This document shows, in pieces, positions 6,008-13,551 of a DNA stretch of 17,253 bases. This DNA is from an archaeon (GTDB lineage Archaea > Asgardarchaeota > Thorarchaeia > Thorarchaeales > Thorarchaeaceae), in NCBI GenBank assembly GCA_024276825.1, contig JAJRWI010000011.1, positions 1-17,253 of the forward strand. Direction: 5' to 3'. A model generated the notes under the pieces. The model was given only the letters and a program-made list of their open reading frames with translations, did not search any database and was not told the DNA's origin. Each line of letters begins with the position of its first letter. Positions within the stretch are counted from its first letter, which is position 1. The translations under genes were made by a program, and so were the position numbers.

Positions 6008-7897
6008 CTATAATTTTAGAATGAAAGTATATTGATTATCTTCAATACTAAGTTTACTCTCAATGAGTTTGCCAGTCTTATGAATGAAATCTATCATAGG
6101 CACATTCTTGGGATGAACATAAGCGATGAATGCGTCGACACCCTTGCTTTTTGCAATTCTCATCATATGGCTCAAGAGAAATGTCCCAATACCGCGATTC
6201 TGATACTTGTCTTGAACAAGTAGGGCAAACTCCGCTTGATTGGTGATGCGGTTTAGTAGATATCTACCAGCCGCAATAATCTTCTCACCCTTAGAACCGC
6301 CAGCCTCTGGAATGACCGCTACTAATGATATATCCGACTCCTGATCGACAAAATAGAACTCGTGCAAGGTTTGCCTTCGCAGGGTTTTCAATGGTGTAAG
6401 AAATCTGAAAAATATCGATTCTTCACTTAAGCCATAGAATAGGTCCTTGATCTTATTCGCGTCATCAGGGCGTATTAATCGCACTTTGACTGTGATAGGA
6501 TATCCATCAGGGCCTGTGAACTCTCTCTGCGCCTCATATTCAATGGGGAAGTACGTACCTCTCGCAAGGAAGGGCACCTGATCCTCAAACACATATCGCA
6601 TTTTCTTAGCAGCTTCAAGTAGTTCATCTCTGAAATCAGGATGCGCAATTGCAATAAGAGATAGAACTCGTTCTCTGATAGTTCGGCCTCTTAATGTCGC
6701 ATAGCCATACTCAGTCACAATGACATCGACATCACCACGAGTGGTCACAACACCCGCGCCCTCGCTAAGTCTGGGAACAATTCTTGAGACCGTACCGTTT
6801 AGTGCTGTTGATTTTAAACAGATTATCGCTTTGCCACCTTTTGATCGTGATGCACCCCTGATGAAATCAACTTGACCACCAATGCCACTGTAAAAATGGT
6901 GCCCTATCGAATCCGAGCAGACCTGACCTGTCAGATCAACTTCTAGTGCACTGTTGAATGCCACCATTTTGTAGTTCTGGGCTATGACCCAAGGATCATT
7001 CACATATGAGGTCTCTCGAAACTCAAACATTGGATTGCTGTCCACATATTTATAGAGTCTTTGTGAACCCATGGCAAAGCTAGCAATGACTTTACCCTTG
7101 TTAATACTCTTCTTCTTATTCGTGACCACGCCTGCTTCAATCAGGTCAATAAGGCAATCAGAGAACATCTCTGTGTGAACCCCAAGATCCTTCACTTCGT
7201 TATCCAAGAGATGTTCAGTTACCGCTAGAGCAATGGTTCCTATTCCCATCTCAATCGTAGACTCGTTCTCAACAAGCCGAGCTGCATATTTTCCAATCAG
7301 CTTCGTGCATTCGCTCACTGTGGGGGTCTCAAACTCAAGCAGGGGCTCTGTGTGTGGCACAAGATAGTCAATATCTTGAACATGAATGAACGACTCGCCA
7401 TGAGTTACGGGCATCTTCTCGTTAACCTGAGCAATGACGAGCTCAGAACATAACGCTGCAGTCTTTGTTATATCAACTGAGATTCCAAGTGAGCAGTAGC
7501 CAAATTGATCTTGAGGACTGACTTGTATCAGAGCCACATCGAGAGGTATCCTTCCACTTGTGAAGAAGAATGGGATATCAGAAAGGGGTGCTGGAGTGTA
7601 GTCAGCACGGCCCTCTGATACAGCTTCTCTAATGTTGTCAGACACAAAAAATGTGTTGTGTCGAAATTGATTCTGGAATTTCCTGTCTGCAGAAGGCGTG
7701 TTCCCAAGAATTATCATATGAACTATCTCATTGTCAGCCATTCGGTTTGCATTCTTTGCAAGCTCTTCGACCAAATGGCATGGTACTCCGCATCCAGTGC
7801 CAATGAAAATACGGGCGCCCCTGTCAATCTTTTTAATGGCAGTGGTAGCGTCAGTGACTTTTTCCTTATACCTGTGTATCCAATCAGGAACTTCCAT
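6008..7897 (-). CDS. Acetyl-CoA hydrolase/CoA-transferase family protein fused to a C-terminal GNAT acetyltransferase
   Basis: Motifs LDVALIQVSP, SLGISVD, MGIG, HTEMFSD (catalytic Glu region), GIGGQVDFIRGA and VTEYGYA. C-terminal RLIRPDD..F..LSEES..FRF and the acetyl-CoA motif QNRGIG. RBS is GAGGTAG. Confidence 0.9.
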   Translation of the reverse strand: MEVPDWIHRYKEKVTDATTAIKKIDRGARIFIGTGCGVPCHLVEELAKNANRMADNEIVHMIILGNTPSADRKFQNQFRHNTFFVSDNIREAVSEGRADYTPAPLSDIPFFFTSGRIPLDVALIQVSPQDQFGYCSLGISVDITKTAALCSELVIAQVNEKMPVTHGESFIHVQDIDYLVPHTEPLLEFETPTVSECTKLIGKYAARLVENESTIEMGIGTIALAVTEHLLDNEVKDLGVHTEMFSDCLIDLIEAGVVTNKKKSINKGKVIASFAMGSQRLYKYVDSNPMFEFRETSYVNDPWVIAQNYKMVAFNSALEVDLTGQVCSDSIGHHFYSGIGGQVDFIRGASRSKGGKAIICLKSTALNGTVSRIVPRLSEGAGVVTTRGDVDVIVTEYGYATLRGRTIRERVLSLIAIAHPDFRDELLEAAKKMRYVFEDQVPFLARGTYFPIEYEAQREFTGPDGYPITVKVRLIRPDDANKIKDLFYGLSEESIFFRFLTPLKTLRRQTLHEFYFVDQESDISLVAVIPEAGGSKGEKIIAAGRYLLNRITNQAEFALLVQDKYQNRGIGTFLLSHMMRIAKSKGVDAFIAYVHPKNVPMIDFIHKTGKLIESKLSIEDNQYTFILKL

Positions 7898-7936
7898 TCA
7901 CTGCTACCTCTTGTTGAAAAACATATCACTAGAATG

Positions 7937-7944
7937 TAATAAAA
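7937..7944 (-). promoter_or_regulatory. Putative TATA box of the CoA-transferase-GNAT gene
   Basis: Minus-strand TTTTATTA about 40 nt upstream of the ATG at 7897, identical to the box at 3961-3968. Confidence 0.35.
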
Positions 7945-8039
7945 GAATTTCTGAATTCGAACATTGCCAAATGATGGGTGTATGATTTCGGTCATCAAAT
8001 AATGGCTAATTGGCTATTTCTGACAATAATGAGGATTCC

Positions 8040-8846
8040 TTATTCAATTCCAAGAAGCTTCATCATTGTCACTTCATCAAGAAGCCCAATTCCTTCCGCA
8101 ATTTCAGTCACTGCATTCAAGGATGGAGAACTGTCAGGCAGCTCAAAGATGGGCTTTCCAAGATAGTTCAATTCTGCGATCTTATCGTCTTCTGGAACTG
8201 TACCAATGAAATCCAGCCCGTTCTCTTCTAGTCCCTTGGAAAGCAGAGGAATGAGACTCTCGGGGACTCTGTTCGCAATAACCAGAATCCTTTTGAAATC
8301 AATATGGACTTCCTTTGCCAAATCACGAATTCGAATCGCTGCTTCAAAAGCGGCGCGTGAAGAGTCTATCACAATGATCAATACATCAACATTGCGATTT
8401 GTCCTCCTGCTGAAGTGCTCAAGGCCAGCACTCATGTCCATCAATGTAATGTCGTAGTTAGATGTCAATCGGTCAAGAATCTGTGTGAGCAGACGATTCA
8501 CATAACAGTAGCAACCTTCTCCTTCGGTCCTGCCCATTGCCAAAAGATCAAACTGCTCGCCCTCAACGAGTGATTCGAAGATCTCACCTTCAAAGATGTC
8601 TTGCTTTGCAGCAGACGCTGGCAGCTCCCCATTGTCTATCTTTCTTCTTATCTCTGTGGCAATGTCTCCGACTGATTTTGATATATCAACACCTAAGGCC
8701 CGAGGCAGGTTCATCACTGGATCTGCATCTACTAGTAGGAGAGACCTCTTGGTTTTACTTAACAAGACTCTTGAGAGGAGAGCTGTAAAAGTAGTCTTTC
8801 CAGTCCCACCTTTGCCTGATACAGAGATCACCAGTTTTTCTCGCAT
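8040..8846 (-). CDS. cooC: CooC/AcsF-type nickel-insertion ATPase (probably the acetyl-CoA synthase maturase)
   Basis: Deviant Walker A GKGGTGKTT, DADP, metal-binding GEGCYC and DMSAGLEHFSR; lies downstream of cdhE. Confidence 0.88.
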   Translation of the reverse strand: MREKLVISVSGKGGTGKTTFTALLSRVLLSKTKRSLLLVDADPVMNLPRALGVDISKSVGDIATEIRRKIDNGELPASAAKQDIFEGEIFESLVEGEQFDLLAMGRTEGEGCYCYVNRLLTQILDRLTSNYDITLMDMSAGLEHFSRRTNRNVDVLIIVIDSSRAAFEAAIRIRDLAKEVHIDFKRILVIANRVPESLIPLLSKGLEENGLDFIGTVPEDDKIAELNYLGKPIFELPDSSPSLNAVTEIAEGIGLLDEVTMMKLLGIE

Positions 8847-8991
8847 TTATATCACTAGCTCTTATTCCATTTGAGAAGATTGCAGATTCAATTTCTAATT
8901 GAAACTTTTAGTCTTTCCTATGCAACAGTAAATAAAGCCAGACATCTCAATTGAAGCGAAGAGAGAGGAGATTGTTTATGATCTTGAACAA

Positions 8992-10407
8992 TCACTCCTC
9001 TTTCCACAGTTCCTTTTGAAGATATTTTGGAATTCCACTTGAGTCTCTGGGACCGACCTTTACCGTCCATCCACTTGCCTCTTCGGTCTCACCACTGATC
9101 CTTGCCGCCATGCCTGGACTGATGATGATACGATGGTTCACCTTTTCTCCAAGTCCATATTCTTGAATTGCTTCAGCGACCTTTTCAGCAGTCAGCTTTC
9201 GACCAGCAACTGCAGACTGCACACTCATTCCTTCGGTGTCAATGACAAGCAGCCATGCATCCACATTACCCTGTTTAATGTCACTCTCCACTGTGAAATA
9301 TGTCAATGCAAAGTTCGTAGTATACATCACAGGTGAATCAGGTCCTGCATCTCCGAACTTGATCAGACCGGGCTGTACAGAAACCGGCTTTACGGGATCC
9401 GTATAGAGATTGCTCCTCAGAAATGTCAAAGGCAGGTTTGTCCACATGTCAAGGCTATGAAGGACAATAATGTCTGCATATCGGACGATCATTGCAGCTG
9501 CAGTAAGAACCTCATCCCACTTTGTGAGCTCAGGTGCATCGCCCTCCTTATAATCAGCCCATACTGAGATTGGCGTGCATAAAAGAGGATACCCAACCTG
9601 TTCATTGTCTGCAATGGTTGCAGCTCTTCTGAGTTGATTGAAGTTATCGACAGTTGTTCCAAGAGCAGAACGTGATAGTGTACCTGGATCCAGCACTATG
9701 TCATGAACACCCATCGCTTGCAATGTTGTGGCGAGCGATGCAAGATCGCTCAGGTTGTTGGGCGCATAGGCGACAATGGGCAGGTCGTGCTTGGCAGCAA
9801 TCTTTCCAAGTTCTGACCATGTGTCCACTGTAGCTGCATAGAGTAGGGGTCGTTTATCTGCAATTGCAGTGGCTGCGGCAGAGAGTAATTTGGCATCTAG
9901 AGAGCATAGCATTATTGGCCAATCAGTCAGACCAATGAGTTTCTTTGCTGCGTTAGCAAAGGTCTGAGGGTCTTTAGAAACACAACGAAGGGCTACTCCA
10001 TCAAGTCTGAGACCCTGTCCAATATAGACATAGGTCCAGTCCTCAATTGCCTTCACTCTCTTCTCAAAGGCCTCTGCATCTAGATTATCAGCTATGTCGA
10101 TGAAGAAAGCAGTGGGATTAGTATAACGAAGGTCATGCCTATAGAGTACCAGTTTTCCACCTATTGCAACGGTTTTCTCGCCTGTGCCTATAACGACTTC
10201 CCTCACTGGAGGGCGTAGAAGTTCTTCCAGTTTCGCACGATTCTTTGCGTACTTCTCTTCTTCATATAAAGGCGTACAGTCAGTGAGCTTTACTGTATGC
10301 TCTGCCATTTTCGCCGCGAATGCCATGCAATTGGCCTCACCACAGATTTTGCAATTTGTCCCTGGAAGTAGTGGATAGATCTCCATTGGTCCTGCAAGCT
10401 TTGCCAT
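8992..10407 (-). CDS. cdhE: ACDS gamma subunit (corrinoid iron-sulfur protein, large subunit)
   Basis: N-terminal [4Fe-4S] motif LPGTNCKICGEANCMAFA..C; YTDP.KP; C-terminal corrinoid domain TTNFALTYFTVESD...GPRDSS. Confidence 0.95.
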   Translation of the reverse strand: MAKLAGPMEIYPLLPGTNCKICGEANCMAFAAKMAEHTVKLTDCTPLYEEEKYAKNRAKLEELLRPPVREVVIGTGEKTVAIGGKLVLYRHDLRYTNPTAFFIDIADNLDAEAFEKRVKAIEDWTYVYIGQGLRLDGVALRCVSKDPQTFANAAKKLIGLTDWPIMLCSLDAKLLSAAATAIADKRPLLYAATVDTWSELGKIAAKHDLPIVAYAPNNLSDLASLATTLQAMGVHDIVLDPGTLSRSALGTTVDNFNQLRRAATIADNEQVGYPLLCTPISVWADYKEGDAPELTKWDEVLTAAAMIVRYADIIVLHSLDMWTNLPLTFLRSNLYTDPVKPVSVQPGLIKFGDAGPDSPVMYTTNFALTYFTVESDIKQGNVDAWLLVIDTEGMSVQSAVAGRKLTAEKVAEAIQEYGLGEKVNHRIIISPGMAARISGETEEASGWTVKVGPRDSSGIPKYLQKELWKEE

Positions 10408-10408
10408 C

Positions 10409-11596
10409 TTACACTCCCTCCGGTAATGCCATTGAAGTCCAGTCAGGATAGTCCTCAGACTTCACGGGCTTTCGTTCCTTCATCCAGTCAATCAGATCAT
10501 GAACCGTCTTGATTGCCGCAGGATGCATCATCATAAACAAATCATTACCTGCTAGCAATAAAGCCAGTGCCGTGACACTCTCCCATATTGGACCTCGCAG
10601 TTCTCTCGGGCCCAGAGCAGGGTCCTTTAGCCAGGCCTCACGGGCGGCCCATGCATTTGTTGTGCCAGAACTGATTGGGTATTGCAGCTCGGAGTCACCG
10701 AGTAGTCCTGCAAGACGCATTCTCTGCATAATTGTAAATGCATATTCAAGACCATATCCCAGTGCGGCAGTTGTTGGATCTATCACAATCTGCTCAGGCT
10801 TTAGCCAATCGATAAGACGACGATTGAGCTCTTTCTGCTGATTGATATCAAGTGATGTCCATGATAGAACCACTTGATTATACTTCTTGGCAGCTTCGGC
10901 GATTGGCTCATATACATCAACAGTTGCAGAACAGAGAAGTGTGCGCTCTCCCTCACAGACTTCTGCTGCCTTCGCAAGGACAGGACCATCCTTACCAGGG
11001 TCTCCAGCAGAACCAATCAAGACTGGAACCTTGACTGCCTGCAATACTTCCTCAATAGTCTTAGCAGCCTCATTGGGCGATGTGTCTTTCAATTGACGGT
11101 CCGTGCTGATCAGGTGCAATGTAATTGCATCTGCGCCATACTTGTTCACGCAGAGTTTCGCCCATTCAGCAGGGTCCTCCAAGACCTCTTCATAGTGGTT
11201 CTTGACCACCTTTGCCAGAGATATTTTCATATCAAACACATCAGCTGCGATAATTGGCAGATGCTTGGGCGGAGCTTGAAAGAGATCCCATGCAGGAGCC
11301 TTATGACCGCCAATTGTCAAAGTCTTACTTCTTGTTCCACCTTCATTCTTAGTCGCACCTATCGTGACCTCATGAATCTTTGATGTATATTCACCAAAAG
11401 GTGGCGTGAATTTGGCAGGAATCAGCGATGTTGGCATTGATAGTGCGGGCTTCGCCACTTGAGCAGCCACTTGCTGTATCATTGGCTGAAGTGACAGTCT
11501 GAGTTCATCCAGTTCAATGGTGACGTTCTCTAGGACTAATTCTGCGAACTCACCAAACATCTCGTCAAGGTTTGATTTCCGCTCTTCGTCAGTCAT
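10409..11596 (-). CDS. cdhD: ACDS delta subunit (corrinoid iron-sulfur protein, small subunit)
   Basis: Motifs DPAEWAK, IDPTTAALGYGLEY, NAWAAREAW, RGPIWE and MMMHP; ATGA overlap with cdhC. Confidence 0.95.
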   Translation of the reverse strand: MTDEERKSNLDEMFGEFAELVLENVTIELDELRLSLQPMIQQVAAQVAKPALSMPTSLIPAKFTPPFGEYTSKIHEVTIGATKNEGGTRSKTLTIGGHKAPAWDLFQAPPKHLPIIAADVFDMKISLAKVVKNHYEEVLEDPAEWAKLCVNKYGADAITLHLISTDRQLKDTSPNEAAKTIEEVLQAVKVPVLIGSAGDPGKDGPVLAKAAEVCEGERTLLCSATVDVYEPIAEAAKKYNQVVLSWTSLDINQQKELNRRLIDWLKPEQIVIDPTTAALGYGLEYAFTIMQRMRLAGLLGDSELQYPISSGTTNAWAAREAWLKDPALGPRELRGPIWESVTALALLLAGNDLFMMMHPAAIKTVHDLIDWMKERKPVKSEDYPDWTSMALPEGV

Positions 11597-12999
11597 TTTC
11601 TCTTCTCACCCGCTACCTTTCGACGAATGATGACTTTCTCAGCATATATTCGAGCATTCTTGAAGATTATCTCAATGCCACCGCCAACTCCGCCAACCAT
11701 TGCGGTAAACTCACCTGGAACCATTACTGCACCATCTTCAGATGTGGCCACCTGAGCAGCTGTTTCTTCTTCTGCTTCAAGTTCAGTCCACCGATTAACA
11801 ACAGGATGGTCATGAGTCTTGAGAAACTCTTTGAGTTCAGATATTGTTGTGACATCATTTTCGGTTGGTATCTTATCGCGTACATGTTCAGGGATAAACT
11901 CAAGGACTCGTTTTTTGATTGGTTCAGGGATCCACACGATGCGTTCCCATCCTCCATCAACCTGAAGAAACTTTGTTGAACGCATATATTCTATTGAGAT
12001 GCCATGAAATCCAGGAACTTGTCGGCCTCCTGCGGTAGTATCTGCCATGCTTGAGAAAGTCAGACCATTCACCGCCTCGCCCTTAAAGTCTCGATGCACT
12101 ATTCCAAGACCATCAACTTCAGGAATGACGAACGCAATTGCCTCAAAGCATCCACAGCTGGTGTGTGGCTTTTCAAAAGCGCTATAGAGTGATACCTCTT
12201 TCACCTTCCCAAGGGATTTCTCTGCATAGATTTGGTTCACGCCAGTGTACTCTCCACGAAAATCATCAATGGTCTCGCCCTTGGGAATCTCATACAGTGG
12301 ACCCTTTGGATCAACTCGTGCTGCAGCTCGTCCATCAAACCAGCTTATTGCACCGCAATTTGCATATCGTTGTGGAGTTATAGTGCATACATGGGTTGGT
12401 GCGAAAGACTGACATAGAGAGCATCCGTAAAAAGTGTCCACATCCTCGTCTTTCAGACCTCTTGCGCGTGCATCGCGCTCGTTGTACCTGTTAACTGCCT
12501 CATCATATCTATTCTCAAGTTCTTTGGCGTCAGTGATGAAAGTCACCTGGATTTTTTCGATTATGCTCATTTCACTCTTGAACAATCGTATCAATACTTT
12601 GCCAAGGTACTCCAATGAGTTGAAACCTTTTTCAAATGATTTCTTGCTGAGTCGAATCCAGATGTCATATCGCTGGTTAAGGTGCATCATTCCTTCAATG
12701 AAGTTGACATACTCGTGAATCCGCCGCTCAATCACTCCCTCAAGGTCGGGTTCAATCTCATTTCCTGCCACTTCAACCAAAATGGCAAAGGGATTATAGC
12801 TGCCCTCTTTCATATCCTTGAGATCAGGACCGATTATTGTGATTCTTTCATCTTCAACTTCATCCATCGAACGGGCCAAAGCGAGTTCAAACTTTTTCTC
12901 AATCTTTGGACCACCCAACTCAACGAACATGTCCTTACCGCGGACACGCTCTCCCTCGTAAATAACGCCTACATCTACTGGTAAGTCATCAAATGACAT
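11593..12999 (-). CDS. cdhC: ACDS beta subunit (acetyl-CoA synthase)
   Basis: Motifs YEGERVR, ERRIH, MHLNQR and the A-cluster ligands CSLCQSFAPTHVC, CGAI, HTSCGCFE. Start set at ATG 12999 after GGAGGTGG (the track starts at 13020). Confidence 0.95.
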   Translation of the reverse strand: MSFDDLPVDVGVIYEGERVRGKDMFVELGGPKIEKKFELALARSMDEVEDERITIIGPDLKDMKEGSYNPFAILVEVAGNEIEPDLEGVIERRIHEYVNFIEGMMHLNQRYDIWIRLSKKSFEKGFNSLEYLGKVLIRLFKSEMSIIEKIQVTFITDAKELENRYDEAVNRYNERDARARGLKDEDVDTFYGCSLCQSFAPTHVCTITPQRYANCGAISWFDGRAAARVDPKGPLYEIPKGETIDDFRGEYTGVNQIYAEKSLGKVKEVSLYSAFEKPHTSCGCFEAIAFVIPEVDGLGIVHRDFKGEAVNGLTFSSMADTTAGGRQVPGFHGISIEYMRSTKFLQVDGGWERIVWIPEPIKKRVLEFIPEHVRDKIPTENDVTTISELKEFLKTHDHPVVNRWTELEAEEETAAQVATSEDGAVMVPGEFTAMVGGVGGGIEIIFKNARIYAEKVIIRRKVAGEKRK

Positions 13000-13000
13000 A

Positions 13001-13546
13001 TTATTTGCCACCTCCAACAAAGACCAAAATTCCTTTCAAAAGCTCTTGATAGTTTTTCTCTTTCAAATTGGGCATACTCCAAGTCGCATGAGGTTGATAA
13101 TACCTGCTCAGCGAGATTGGCACAATATGCCGTGCAAAATTCATGATGCCTGATAACATTGTCCATTCCATATAATACGGAAGGCTGTGTGTTAGAATCA
13201 TATCATGAGGACCTTGCCCATGAGGACCTTTCCATTTTGGGTCCTGCAGATAGCCCACTATTTCCATGACCCCCATTGATTTGGCCCCTTCAAATCCACG
13301 TTCGATGAAATGCTTTACCGCTCCACCTGTTGCCACTATAGGGGTCTTTGTGATCTTGGAGAATTCAATTGAGAAATCAATCATGTCGCCCTTGCCAAAT
13401 TTGATGGTGGATGCTTTGGAGCCAACAATCATGAGAGGCTTCTTTGCCTTGCTCCAGACTCTCTTCAATTGCTCTGGCTTATTGAGTGATTTGGCTGATA
13501 CAGGACCGCAGATCTCTCCGGTCTGCCAAGGAGTTGCGCGCATCAT
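13001..13546 (-). CDS. cdhB: ACDS epsilon subunit
   Basis: Motifs PWQ, KAKKPLMIVG, LQDPKWKG..G.GPHD, PYY and YYQPHATWS; located between cdhA and cdhC. Confidence 0.9.
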   Translation of the reverse strand: MMRATPWQTGEICGPVSAKSLNKPEQLKRVWSKAKKPLMIVGSKASTIKFGKGDMIDFSIEFSKITKTPIVATGGAVKHFIERGFEGAKSMGVMEIVGYLQDPKWKGPHGQGPHDMILTHSLPYYMEWTMLSGIMNFARHIVPISLSRYYQPHATWSMPNLKEKNYQELLKGILVFVGGGK

Positions 13547-13551
13547 TTTTA

